Positions 16,333 to 25,714 of a stretch of DNA of 64,000 bases are shown piece by piece. The notes under the pieces were generated by a model. It worked only from the letters and a program-made list of their open reading frames with translations, was not told the DNA's origin and did no database searches. Source of the stretch: a bacterium (GTDB taxonomy: Bacteria > Patescibacteriota > Minisyncoccia > Minisyncoccales > UBA10102); assembly GCA_030647485.1 (NCBI GenBank), contig JAUSJT010000001.1, positions 12,947 through 76,946 on the forward strand, read 5' to 3'. Position numbers and translations under genes: made by a program. How positions within the stretch are numbered: position 1 is the first letter of the stretch; each line of letters starts with the position of its first letter.

Positions 16333-17980
16333 ATTTACTCTTGTTTTAGCAGCAATTGCCTTGATCCTAGCTGGTCTGGGTGTTTGGTTCTGGCAGAAAA
16401 ACACCTATTCTACCGAGAATCTCAAGCTTGAGCTTTTGGCTCCCCAATCAGCTAGCATGGGAGAAGAGATTACATATACTATACGATACAAGAATAACGG
16501 GGATGCCAGACTCGAAAACGCCATGCTTATCTTTGAATACCCTTCAGGCTCCATGCCTTCTCAGGGAACGAATGGAAGATTAACACAATCCATAGAGGAT
16601 ATTTATCCCGGTCAGGAACAGAATCTTTCTTTCAAAGCCCGTCTTTTTGGTAAAGAGGGCGAGCTCAAAGAGGCAAAAGTATTGATGCAGTATACGCCAA
16701 AGAATCTGAATGCAAAGTTTGAATCAAATACGAGCGTAACCACAGGTATCTCTCAGGTTCCCCTGAACTTTGAGCTTGATCTTCCGTCTCGCACAGAAAG
16801 CTCCCAGGGCTTTACCTTTGATCTGAATTATTTCTCTAATTCAGAGTATCCGCTTTCAGATTTGAGAATTAAAATAGAGTATCCTGAAGGGTTTAAATTC
16901 CAGAGCGCCTCGCCAGTCCCTATCGGAGAAAACGAATGGAAGGTAGGCTTGCTGAACAAGGCTTCAGGAGGAAGAATTTCGGTCAAAGGCACTTTACAGG
17001 GAGAATCCCAGGAGGTAAAGATTTTTCGCGCAATCTTAGGGTCTTGGAAAGACGGAAAGTTCACCGTGTTCAAGGAAGCAGCCAAGGGTATTGAGATAAC
17101 CAATCTTAAGCTCTTGATTTCCCAGACCGTCAACGGATCTCCCAGCTATACCGCTTCTCCTGGAGATGCGCTCCATTACGTGCTTTCTTTTAAGAACGTA
17201 GATGAGAAGAGTCTGGAGAATCTGTTTCTGATTGTGAACCTTGAGGGCCGTCCCTTTGATTTGGCAAGCGTGAAGGCAGAGCAGGGAAAGTTTAAAGAAG
17301 GGGATACCTCCATTGTGTGGGAAGCAAAGGACGTTTCAAGGTTAAGATTCTTGGGAAAGGGGGAAGAAGGGAAAGTGGAGTTTTGGGTGAACGTGAAAGA
17401 AAATTGGGAAGTGTTCAGCTCACAAGACGAGAACTTCACGCTCCGCGACAAAGTCATTCTGTCTGACACAAAAGAAGAGTTTGAATTAAAGGTGAATTCC
17501 CGTCTTGTTGTAGAGCAGAGTACTCATTATCAAGACGAGGTGTTTGGCAATGCAGGCCCTCTTCCTCCGCAGGCAGGCGCTCAAACAACTTATACTGTCA
17601 TATGGCAGGTAAAGAACGTGTACAATGATGCAGAAAACGTGACGGTGCGAGCAACACTCCCTCAGGAGGTGAGTCTGACAGGAAAGATTTTTCCTGATAA
17701 CGCGCCCCTAACTCTAGATTCTGCTTCTCGCGAGATTGTGTGGAAAGTAGGAGACGTTCCAGCTGGGACAGGAACCTTTGACCCAATAACTTCCATTGCA
17801 TTCCAGGTTGCGTTTTTGCCCACCGCTTCTCAAAAGGGGAGTGTTGCACAGATTATAGGAGAAGCGAGAGTTCAGGGAAGCGATGTGTTTTCAGAACAAA
17901 CCCTTGCAGGTTCAAGCAAGCCGCTTACTACTAACCTTCCCGACGACCCTTCGGCCCAGGGAAAGGGCATTGTCCAATGA
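16319..17980 (+). CDS. Membrane-anchored extracytoplasmic protein with DUF11-like repeat (beta-sandwich) domains
   Basis: N-terminal TM helix (FTLVLAAIALILAGLGVWFW). Repeated motifs of the form ...Y.I.YKN.GDA.LENA / YVLSFKNVDEKSLENL / YTVIWQVKNVYNDAENV. Confidence 0.65.
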   Translation: MRLGRFTLVLAAIALILAGLGVWFWQKNTYSTENLKLELLAPQSASMGEEITYTIRYKNNGDARLENAMLIFEYPSGSMPSQGTNGRLTQSIEDIYPGQEQNLSFKARLFGKEGELKEAKVLMQYTPKNLNAKFESNTSVTTGISQVPLNFELDLPSRTESSQGFTFDLNYFSNSEYPLSDLRIKIEYPEGFKFQSASPVPIGENEWKVGLLNKASGGRISVKGTLQGESQEVKIFRAILGSWKDGKFTVFKEAAKGIEITNLKLLISQTVNGSPSYTASPGDALHYVLSFKNVDEKSLENLFLIVNLEGRPFDLASVKAEQGKFKEGDTSIVWEAKDVSRLRFLGKGEEGKVEFWVNVKENWEVFSSQDENFTLRDKVILSDTKEEFELKVNSRLVVEQSTHYQDEVFGNAGPLPPQAGAQTTYTVIWQVKNVYNDAENVTVRATLPQEVSLTGKIFPDNAPLTLDSASREIVWKVGDVPAGTGTFDPITSIAFQVAFLPTASQKGSVAQIIGEARVQGSDVFSEQTLAGSSKPLTTNLPDDPSAQGKGIVQ

Positions 17981-19320
17981 AAAAAAATTCAACCGTTGCG
18001 AATACTGATTTAATGCAGAACATCACTTCGCTTGCCAAGCGCAGGGGATTTATCTTTGCGGGATCTGATATCTACGGAGGGCTTGCCAATTCTTGGGATT
18101 ACGGCCCTTTGGGCGTTGAGTTAAAAAACAACATCAAGCAGGAGTGGTGGAGGCGTTTTGTCCAACAGAGAGCCGATGTAGTTGGCATTGACGCTGCTTT
18201 GTTGATGAATCCAAAAGTTTGGGAGGCGTCAGGACACCTTGCAAGCTTTACAGATCCCCTAGTTGAGTGCAAAACATGCCATGCCAGGCTTAGGGAAGAC
18301 CAACTTATTGACCGTACCTGCCTCAACTGCAAGGGTAAGGATTTTACTCCAACTAGGCAATTTAATATGATGCTCAAGACGTATCTTGGGCCTTCGGAAG
18401 AAAGCGCAAACACCGTATATTTTCGTCCTGAAACAGCGCAGGCAATGTTCGTGAACTTTAAGAATATTCTTGATACCAATCGCCCCAAGCTTCCTTTTGG
18501 CATAGCCCAGCAAGGAAAGGCGTTTCGCAACGAGATTACTCCTGGCAACTTTGTGTTCCGCATGCGGGAATTTGAGCAAATGGAGATTGAGTACTTTGTA
18601 AAAGAACGAGAATGGGAGAAGTATTTTGAACATTGGCTAGGAGAAATGAAGCAATGGTTGAAAGACCTCGGCGTTTCAGAAAAGAAGCTTCATTATGTTG
18701 ATATCCCAGACGGAGAGCGGGCCCACTATTCAAAGAGAACAGTGGATATTGAGTATGAATATCCTTTTGGTCAAAAGGAGTTGTATGGTTTGGCATACAG
18801 GGGAGATTTTGATCTCAAGAACCACATGCAAGCGAGTGGGCAAGATTTAAGGTACACGGATACTGAAACGCAAGAGAAATTCCTTCCTCACGTCATTGAA
18901 CCAACATGGGGCGTAGACCGGTCTGTATTGGTAGCTATGCTAGAAGCTTACCATGAAGAGGACGCACCCACGGCGGAAGAGGGCGAGAGCGCCAAACGTG
19001 TTGTGATGAAATTCCCTGCATGGTTAGCTCCGGTGAAGGTTGCGATTCTCCCGCTTTCCAAAAAAGAAGAATTGAGCAAAGTTGCAAAACCAATCTTTGA
19101 AACTCTGTCAAAACAATTCGTGTGCGAGTATGATGAGACCCAAAGCATTGGCAAAAGATATCGCAGACAGGACGAGATAGGGACGCCCCTTTGCATAACA
19201 GTAGATTTTGAAACTCTGCAGGATAATGCCGTCACTATTCGAGACAGAGATACAATGAAACAGGAAAGAATACTAGTGAAAGATCTAGCAGGCGAGGCCA
19301 CAAAGCGACTCCATGTTTGA
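17977..19320 (+). CDS. glyQS: Glycyl-tRNA synthetase (class II, dimeric GlyQS type)
   Basis: LAKRRGFIFAGSDIYGGLANSWDYGPLGVELKNNIK, FRNEITPGNFVFRMREFEQMEIEYF. Confidence 0.95.
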   Translation: MKKNSTVANTDLMQNITSLAKRRGFIFAGSDIYGGLANSWDYGPLGVELKNNIKQEWWRRFVQQRADVVGIDAALLMNPKVWEASGHLASFTDPLVECKTCHARLREDQLIDRTCLNCKGKDFTPTRQFNMMLKTYLGPSEESANTVYFRPETAQAMFVNFKNILDTNRPKLPFGIAQQGKAFRNEITPGNFVFRMREFEQMEIEYFVKEREWEKYFEHWLGEMKQWLKDLGVSEKKLHYVDIPDGERAHYSKRTVDIEYEYPFGQKELYGLAYRGDFDLKNHMQASGQDLRYTDTETQEKFLPHVIEPTWGVDRSVLVAMLEAYHEEDAPTAEEGESAKRVVMKFPAWLAPVKVAILPLSKKEELSKVAKPIFETLSKQFVCEYDETQSIGKRYRRQDEIGTPLCITVDFETLQDNAVTIRDRDTMKQERILVKDLAGEATKRLHV

Positions 19321-20578
19321 AAAAACAACTCTTCCGAATGGCTTGCGTGTTATCACGGTTCCCCATAAGGGCACCAAGACCGTGACGGTTTTGGCGTTGA
19401 TTGGGACAGGATCAAAGTATGAGACAAAAAAGATAAACGGGCTTTCCCACTTCCTAGAGCACATGTTTTTTAAGGGCACAAAAGGCCGTCCTTCTCAGAT
19501 AGAGGTGACAGAGCCCATTGATGCGGTAGGGGGAGTATTCAACGCATTCACGAGCGAAGATCAAACAGGATATTATATTAAGACAGACGCTAGTCATGTG
19601 AACCTGAATCTTGATATCGTTTCTGATATTTTTCTCAATTCTTTGTTTGTAGAGCAGGAAATGGCAAAAGAGAAGACCGTGGTGATAGAGGAGATACATA
19701 TGAGGAAAGATACTCCTATGATCCATGTTTGGGATCTTTGGGGGCAGCATTTGTACGGGGATCAGCCGGCAGGATGGGATATTGCAGGTACCAAGGAGAG
19801 CGTTTTGGGTCTTTCACGCAGGGATCTCTTAGAATACGTAAGTCATCAGTATGTTGCTCCCCATACTGTGCTTGTGGTTGCAGGGAACATTAATGCAAAA
19901 GAGGTTTTCAGAAAAGCAGGGAAGCTGTTTGCCAGCATGCCCGTATCTGGATTCAAAGAGAAGCAGAGGGTGAGGGAGGTACAAAAGAAGCCCGAGGCGT
20001 TCGTTGAGTACCGAAAGACCGACCAAGTGCATATTGCTCTTGGAGTTAGGGCTTTTCCCTTGTCTCATTCTTTGAGATACGCGCAAGAGCTTATGGCGCT
20101 TTTGCTTGGAGGCATGATGAGTTCTAGGCTTTTTGTAGAAGTACGAGAGAAGCTCGGCATAGCATATTCTATCAATACCGCAAACGAAACAAATCCAGAT
20201 ACAGGATCAGTCACAACCATTGCGGGCATTAAGCAAGATTCCGTTGAGATTGCGATTAAAACCATCCTGAAAGAATATAAGAGATTAACGAAAGAGATAA
20301 TTTCTCCAAGAGAACTGCGAAAAATTAAGGATCATGCTATAGGCCAATCTGTGATTGCCTTGGAATCGTCTGACGCTAATGCTTCTTTCTACGGTATGCA
20401 AGAACTCTTGGAAAACCGTATTTCCACCCCAGAAGAGGTTTATGGTAAGATACAAGCAGTGACGGCAAGCGATATGAAGCGGCTTGCCCAGGAGATTTTT
20501 CAGAACAACCGCCTCAATCTTGTGGTTTTGGGTCCTTTCAAAAAGAAGGAAGCATTTCAAAAATTGCTTCGTCTATAA
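19313..20578 (+). CDS. M16-family zinc peptidase (insulinase-like)
   Basis: HFLEHMFFKGT inverted zinc motif (HxxEH). Confidence 0.9.
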   Translation: MFEKTTLPNGLRVITVPHKGTKTVTVLALIGTGSKYETKKINGLSHFLEHMFFKGTKGRPSQIEVTEPIDAVGGVFNAFTSEDQTGYYIKTDASHVNLNLDIVSDIFLNSLFVEQEMAKEKTVVIEEIHMRKDTPMIHVWDLWGQHLYGDQPAGWDIAGTKESVLGLSRRDLLEYVSHQYVAPHTVLVVAGNINAKEVFRKAGKLFASMPVSGFKEKQRVREVQKKPEAFVEYRKTDQVHIALGVRAFPLSHSLRYAQELMALLLGGMMSSRLFVEVREKLGIAYSINTANETNPDTGSVTTIAGIKQDSVEIAIKTILKEYKRLTKEIISPRELRKIKDHAIGQSVIALESSDANASFYGMQELLENRISTPEEVYGKIQAVTASDMKRLAQEIFQNNRLNLVVLGPFKKKEAFQKLLRL

Positions 20579-20581
20579 CCT

Positions 20582-21610
20582 ATGAATAGTGAAAAGGTAT
20601 TGGATATATCCTGGGGGACTATTGTTAAAATCAGCATCACCGCGCTCGTCGTCTACATGCTCTTTTTAACCAGGGGCATTTTTGTATGGGTGCTGTTTGG
20701 CATAATTATTTCTGTTTTATTTGACCCTATTATTGATTTTCTTCAGAAAAGAAGAATCCCGCGCGTCATTAGTACGTTTGCCTTATACCTTGCGGTCTTT
20801 GGCGTAATCGCGTTTATTATCTATTCTGCGGCTCCTGTATTTATTAATGAAATACAGAGATTCTCCCAGTTGTTCCCACGATATTTTGAAACCGTTTCCC
20901 CAATCTTTAAGGGATTGGGCGTAGCCGCGTTTTCCGACATCCAGAGTTTTATTGACGCGGCTTCAGGAGGTATTGAGAAGATAGCTTCAAATGTATTTTC
21001 CGCCCTGTTTTCCATTTTCGGGGGCATATTTGCAACATTCTTCGTGCTTTCCATTGCCATATTCCTTTCCCTGGAAGACAAGGGCATTGAGAGAGCCATT
21101 AGCGTTTTGTTCCCTAAAAAGTATGAGGCATTTGCCTTAGATCTTTGGGCCAAGTCTCAAAAAAAGGTTTCCGCGTGGTTTGCGTCTAGGTTACTCGCCT
21201 CCATATTCGTTGCGGTTGCTTCGTACATTGTTCTTATTCTTTTTAATGCAAAGTACCCGTTCTCGCTGGGGTTAATATCTGGAGTATTAAACTTTATCCC
21301 CATAGTGGGGCCGTTAATCGCAGGAGGGCTCGTTGCTATGATTGTTGCTTTAGACTCGGCGATGAAAGCGGTGTTTGTTATCCTCGCCTTTGTGTTGATC
21401 CAGCAGATTGAGAACAACATTCTTACTCCTATTCTCACCAAGAAGCTTATAGGTCTTTCTCCTGTGGTCGTTTTGATTGCCTTGGCAATAGGAGGAGAAC
21501 TGTGGGGCATGGTAGGCGCAATCCTTGCCATTCCCATTGCGGGTATTCTCTTTGAATTTCTCCGTGATTTCCTCAAGAAACGCAAAGAAGAAAAGACCGA
21601 AACGTCATAA
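20582..21610 (+). CDS. AI-2E family transporter (PerM/UPF0118)
   Basis: 342 aa, multi-TM. Conserved LNFIPIVGPLIAG and PVVVLIALAIGGELWG segments. Confidence 0.85.
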   Translation: MNSEKVLDISWGTIVKISITALVVYMLFLTRGIFVWVLFGIIISVLFDPIIDFLQKRRIPRVISTFALYLAVFGVIAFIIYSAAPVFINEIQRFSQLFPRYFETVSPIFKGLGVAAFSDIQSFIDAASGGIEKIASNVFSALFSIFGGIFATFFVLSIAIFLSLEDKGIERAISVLFPKKYEAFALDLWAKSQKKVSAWFASRLLASIFVAVASYIVLILFNAKYPFSLGLISGVLNFIPIVGPLIAGGLVAMIVALDSAMKAVFVILAFVLIQQIENNILTPILTKKLIGLSPVVVLIALAIGGELWGMVGAILAIPIAGILFEFLRDFLKKRKEEKTETS

Positions 21611-21615
21611 TTTTC

Positions 21616-21689
21616 GAACTATGTATTTTCTTTGCGCTTTACCCCACCTGCTGGCGGGGCCCTACGCGTCTGCAGAAAATACATAGTTC
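21616..21689 (+). repeat. Copy A of a 72-74-nt hairpin repeat (conserved 52-nt core, variable complementary outer arms)
   Basis: Perfect 16-bp outer stem GAACTATGTATTTTCT / AGAAAATACATAGTTC around core TTGCGCTTTACCCCACCTGCTGGCGGGGCCCTACGCGTCTGC. Ends 11 nt before the rsmI ATG. Confidence 0.85.
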
Positions 21690-21700
21690 TCAATTTCATT

Positions 21701-22372
21701 ATGGGCACATTGTATATTGTTGCTACCCCCATTGGAAATTTAGGTGATATAACCCTAAGAGCGCTAGAAACGCTCAAAGAGGTTGCTTTGATTTTGTGTG
21801 AAGATACCAGGGTGACGAAGAAGCTTTTGGTACATTACAAAATAGAAAAGCCTTTGTTAAGCTATCATCAGCATAGCAAGGAAGACAAAAGACAGGAGAT
21901 CCTTGGTTTGCTTTTACAGGGCAAGAATCTTGCATTGGTGAGCGATGCTGGAACTCCTAGTATTTCAGACCCTGGGAATGAGTTGGTGGAGTTTCTTCTG
22001 GGAAAGGAGCCAGATATGCGTATTATTCCCATACCAGGCTCCTCTGCAGTTGCAACGCTTGCGAGCGTGGCGGGCATTCCCATGGATAAGTTTGTATTCC
22101 TCGGGTATCCTCCCCACAAGAAAGGAAGAAAGAAATTTTTTGAGCAAGTCGCGGGAAATCAGTACCCTGTTATTTTTTATGAGTCTCCCCATCGTATCTT
22201 GAAGACGTTGCAGGAATTGGAAGCGTTAGGTAGTAATCTGAATGTTGTCATAGGAAGAGAACTGACAAAACAATTCGAAACAATCTATCGCGGAACTATT
22301 GCTTCTATCTTAGCAAGATTAAAGAAAGAGCAGATCAGGGGTGAGTTCTCGGTGGCAGTATGGAAAGGTTGA
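21701..22372 (+). CDS. rsmI: 16S rRNA (cytidine1402-2'-O)-methyltransferase RsmI
   Basis: MGTLYIVATPIGNLGDITLRALETLK..LILCEDTR. The track ORF start at 21632 only translates the upstream repeat. Confidence 0.9.
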   Translation: MGTLYIVATPIGNLGDITLRALETLKEVALILCEDTRVTKKLLVHYKIEKPLLSYHQHSKEDKRQEILGLLLQGKNLALVSDAGTPSISDPGNELVEFLLGKEPDMRIIPIPGSSAVATLASVAGIPMDKFVFLGYPPHKKGRKKFFEQVAGNQYPVIFYESPHRILKTLQELEALGSNLNVVIGRELTKQFETIYRGTIASILARLKKEQIRGEFSVAVWKG

Positions 22373-22434
22373 CAATCAGCCCCCTAGGATCTATAAATAT
22401 CACAGAGTCATCATTAAGAAAGAGGGAGGGTAGA

Positions 22435-22620
22435 ATGCTAACAGAAGTACAGGCCAAGCAGCTTAAGAGTTCTGGACGTCGCGTAACATGGAAGCAAAGG
22501 GGCAAGCAATACCGAGGGACGTTGGGAACAATCACATCGACTCGTGCCCTTGTTCGAGGTAAAAGCGGCACAGAAGAGTTCCAGGGATGGGTTCTCCTCA
22601 GAGACCTCTCGTCCCAGTAA
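22435..22620 (+). CDS. Small hypothetical protein (61 aa), GC-richer cassette
   Basis: SD AGGGAGGG before the ATG at 22435. Basic protein. Has its own terminator at 22652-22686. Confidence 0.4.
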   Translation: MLTEVQAKQLKSSGRRVTWKQRGKQYRGTLGTITSTRALVRGKSGTEEFQGWVLLRDLSSQ

Positions 22621-22651
22621 AATACACAAGGGTTGTTGCACAAACACTCGG

Positions 22652-22686
22652 GCTCCACTGAGAGAATCTCTTCGTGGAGCTTTTTA
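22652..22686 (+). terminator. Rho-independent terminator
   Basis: GCTCCAC...GTGGAGC stem followed by TTTTTA. Confidence 0.65.
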
Positions 22687-22721
22687 TTGGAAAAAAAGGG
22701 AAAATGTGATACAAGAACCTC

Positions 22722-24191
22722 ATGACAAAGTTTTATATCACAACAGCAATCCCATATGTTAATGCCCCTCCGCATATCGGGCATGCTTTAGAGTTTGTAC
22801 AGACCGACGTCATTGCACGGTATCATCGCGAGAAGGGCGAGGAGGTTTTACTATTGTCTGGAAGCGACGAGAATGCCCTAAAGAATGTTCAGGCGGCCGA
22901 GAAAGCCGGAGTTCCCGTTCAGCAGTTTATTGATGAGAATGCCAGGTCTTTTGTTGAGTTAGCAGAAAAACTCAATATACAGTTTGATGTATTTCAGAAG
23001 GGGAGTAGCAAAGATCATCACACGTCGTCTCAGAAGCTCTGGGAGTTGTGCCAGAAAGCAGGGGACATCTACAAAAAGTCGTATGAAGGATTGTATTGCG
23101 TTGGCTGTGAAGCGTTTTATACGCCAGACGAGCTTAATAAAAATCAAGAATGCGTTGAGCATCCAGGCAGAAAGCTTGAAAGGGTTTCAGAAGAGAATTA
23201 TTTCTTTAAGCTTTCAAAGTATCAAGACAAGCTTATCAATCTCTTGGGAAAAGACGAGTTGCGCATTGTTCCCTCAACAAGGAAGAATGAAGTAATATCT
23301 TTCTTAAAACAGCCGTTGCAGGACATTAGCATTTCGCGTTCAAATGAACGAGCAAAAAACTGGGGCGTTCCAGTTCCAGGGGATGATAGTCAGAGAATAT
23401 ACGTTTGGTTTGACGCCCTCAATATTTACCAATCCGGAATTGGGTTTGGGCTCAATGAAGAAAAATACAAGAAATGGTGGCCGGCAGATGTACATGTGAT
23501 AGGGAAGGGCATCATTCGTTTCCATGCGATATACTGGCCAGCATTTCTTTTGTCTGCAGGATTGCCTTTGCCAAAAACTCTATTTGTTCATGGATATTTA
23601 ACGGTTGGCGGGCAGAAAATGTCAAAGAGTTTAGGAAATGTAGTAGATCCATTTCCTTTGATTGAAAAATACGGAGCTGACGCCGTACGGTATTTCTTGC
23701 TGCGGGAAATTCCTTCCGCAGAAGATGGAGACTTCACCGAGGAAAAATTCGTTGAGAGATACAACGCAGATTTAGCGTCGGGTCTAGGGAATTTGGTTGC
23801 GAGAGTGCTTACCTTAAGCACGAAATTCGAAATTCGAAATTCGAAATCACCGCTTCAGCGGGATCTCGTAACGGCGGGACAAATTCAAAATTCAAATCTT
23901 CAGAAACTTCTGGAAGAAACACGAGAAAAAACAGAGAAAGCTTTGGATGATTTTCAATTTAGTTCTGCGCTTGAGGCGATATGGGAAGTTATTCATTTTT
24001 GCGACAAATACATTGAAGAAAAGAAGCCTTGGACAGAATCAGAAGGTCAGAAAAATGTTCTTGGTGATTTGTTGTGTGCCCTTCAGGAGATAGCAAATTC
24101 CTTAGCCCCATTTCTCCCGGAAACTTCAGAAAAAATCAAAGTTCAGCTTTCCGGAGGAGAAAGAGTTTCTCTTTTTCCCCGTCTTGATTAA
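22722..24191 (+). CDS. metG: Methionyl-tRNA synthetase (no C-terminal tRNA-binding appendage)
   Basis: TTAIPYVNAPPHIGHALE (HIGH) and KMSKSLGN. Zinc knuckle CVGCEAFY..ECVEHPG. Confidence 0.95.
   Translation: MTKFYITTAIPYVNAPPHIGHALEFVQTDVIARYHREKGEEVLLLSGSDENALKNVQAAEKAGVPVQQFIDENARSFVELAEKLNIQFDVFQKGSSKDHHTSSQKLWELCQKAGDIYKKSYEGLYCVGCEAFYTPDELNKNQECVEHPGRKLERVSEENYFFKLSKYQDKLINLLGKDELRIVPSTRKNEVISFLKQPLQDISISRSNERAKNWGVPVPGDDSQRIYVWFDALNIYQSGIGFGLNEEKYKKWWPADVHVIGKGIIRFHAIYWPAFLLSAGLPLPKTLFVHGYLTVGGQKMSKSLGNVVDPFPLIEKYGADAVRYFLLREIPSAEDGDFTEEKFVERYNADLASGLGNLVARVLTLSTKFEIRNSKSPLQRDLVTAGQIQNSNLQKLLEETREKTEKALDDFQFSSALEAIWEVIHFCDKYIEEKKPWTESEGQKNVLGDLLCALQEIANSLAPFLPETSEKIKVQLSGGERVSLFPRLD
23823..23843 (+). 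repeat. Tandem heptamer AAATTCG x3 (plus AAATTCA x2 at about 23881-23894) inside metG
   Basis: Read directly from the sequence. Encodes FEIRNSKSP...QIQNSNLQ in the linker of the anticodon-binding domain. Confidence 0.9.
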
Positions 24192-24346
24192 ACTTAGTCT
24201 CGCTAAGTTTCCCGCAGGAGATTCTCTTGGAGTTTTTGAGGAGCGCTTGACGGAGCTAGATTTTTGTGCCAGAATCTTTACCAAACAGAGAAAATCGAAG
24301 TAGCCTTCGATTCTCTGGAATAGCACCTACAAAAAAGGAGAAAGAC

Positions 24347-25174
24347 ATGGAACAGATCGCATATCTCGGTCCAGAAGGAACATTCGGCCATGAAGCAGTC
24401 AAAATGTGGAAACCGAAAGCAGGCCACGCTCCTTTTCCTTCGCATCTCCATATCCTTGATGCGGTGGAGAGAGGAGATGTTCCAGAGGGGATCGTCGCTG
24501 TCGAAAACAGTATTGACGGTCCCGTGACGGATGTCATGGATTACTTCATACACGACGCCAAGCAGGTTCGGGTGTGTGGGGAAGTGGTGGTTCGAGTCAG
24601 CCAGTGCCTGTTTGCAAAGCCTGGGACACGCCCAGAGGATGTCCTAATGGTGATTTCCCACCCCAAGGCATTGGGACAGTGCGGGAGGAATATCTACCGT
24701 CTGTTCCCAAATGCGCGGCAGGTGCCAGCTAACTCTACTGCTGAGGCTGTCAGCATGATGTTAGCTTCAAATGATGCGGTGGCAATCGCTGGCAAGCCTG
24801 CCATGCAATCAGGAGCGGTTATACTCCAGGAAAACTTCCAGGACGTGGAGCGCAATGACACTCGCTTCTGGGCGGTGGGGCGGAAGGTAATGAAGTCCAC
24901 GGGTAACGACAAGACGTCTCTAGTCTTTGAGACGTTCGAAAACGCACCGGGAGCTCTACTCGCGGTCTACGCCATCTTTGCTGCGCGAGGCCTGAATCTT
25001 TCAAAGATAGAGTCTCGTCCCACAAGGGAGGCCCTGGGAGCATATGTGTTCCTGGTGGACGTAGAGGCTCATCAGACAGACCCTGCCCTGCGAGATGCAC
25101 TCAGGAAAGTGCGAGCTTGCACCCCGAAACTCAAGGTGTTTGGGTCCTATCCTCGATGGCAGAACGGAGCATAG
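24347..25174 (+). CDS. pheA: Prephenate dehydratase (PDT + ACT domains)
   Basis: IAYLGPEGTFGHEA, TRFWAVG, and ACT region TSLVFETFENAPGALLAVYAIFAARGLNLSKIESRP. SD AAAGGAG upstream. GC-richer than flanks. Confidence 0.85.
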   Translation: MEQIAYLGPEGTFGHEAVKMWKPKAGHAPFPSHLHILDAVERGDVPEGIVAVENSIDGPVTDVMDYFIHDAKQVRVCGEVVVRVSQCLFAKPGTRPEDVLMVISHPKALGQCGRNIYRLFPNARQVPANSTAEAVSMMLASNDAVAIAGKPAMQSGAVILQENFQDVERNDTRFWAVGRKVMKSTGNDKTSLVFETFENAPGALLAVYAIFAARGLNLSKIESRPTREALGAYVFLVDVEAHQTDPALRDALRKVRACTPKLKVFGSYPRWQNGA

Positions 25175-25204
25175 ATAGAAGGGCCGATACTAAACGGCCC
25201 CCAG

Positions 25205-25238
25205 GGAGGATCCTCGAGAGATCCTCCTTTCCTTTTCC
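25205..25238 (+). terminator. Rho-independent terminator after pheA
   Basis: GGAGGATC-CTCGAGA-GATCCTCC followed by TTTCCTTTTCC. Confidence 0.6.
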
Positions 25239-25240
25239 TC

Positions 25241-25269
25241 TTGACACGAAAACTTCATTTTGGTAGACT
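25241..25269 (+). promoter_or_regulatory. Sigma70-like promoter (TTGACA-17 nt-TAGACT)
   Basis: TTGACA at 25241-25246 and TAGACT at 25264-25269. It would drive a roughly 255-nt leader before the ORF at 25532. Confidence 0.45.
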
Positions 25270-25531
25270 AGAAAAGTTGAATATATGAGCGCATTACAAC
25301 TCTCAACCACAATCTGGAATCTCTTGAAAGTCTTGCTGATTATCCTTCCTCCAAGGTTGGGAGATTTTCGCACAAGAATACAAGAAAGAAGCTAAAAGAC
25401 ACATCAAACTTGACTTGCGAGACCTCCCAACCAAAGGGAGGTTTCTTGTTGAGCATAGCGGAAGATAATAATATTTATTTTCTCCCGTTGCGCTTAAATG
25501 CAGATAGCACAAAACAAAAGGAGGTACATCT

Positions 25532-25714
25532 GTGCAAGAGGTACGTGAGAGAACTCCACTCGAGCGGCTTCGTATCAAAGCGAGCAACATCCGCAAGCGG
25601 CTGGCTAATCTGCCTCTTTCCGCTGATGAAAGACAGAGAGCGAGCAGCCGTCTTCTCAAGACGGAACGGATAATTGGAGAGCTCCAGCTCCCAAGACCCC
25701 CGTTTTCAGGCTAA
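25532..25714 (+). CDS. Small hypothetical protein (60 aa, GTG start), GC-richer cassette
   Basis: SD AAAGGAGG lies 7 nt before the GTG. Arg-rich helical sequence. Terminator-like hairpin (AGGGCTTTCTGG..CCAGAGAGCCCT + T-run) downstream. Confidence 0.4.
   Translation: MQEVRERTPLERLRIKASNIRKRLANLPLSADERQRASSRLLKTERIIGELQLPRPPFSG

Noticed and set aside
21632-21700. N-terminal extension of rsmI (MRFTPPAGGALRVCRKY...), and the 97-aa ORF at 38886-39179 beginning MGPYASSENQ
   Set aside because: Both start inside copies of the 72-74-nt repeat and merely translate it. The conserved RsmI and FolD N-termini begin at 21701 and 38935.
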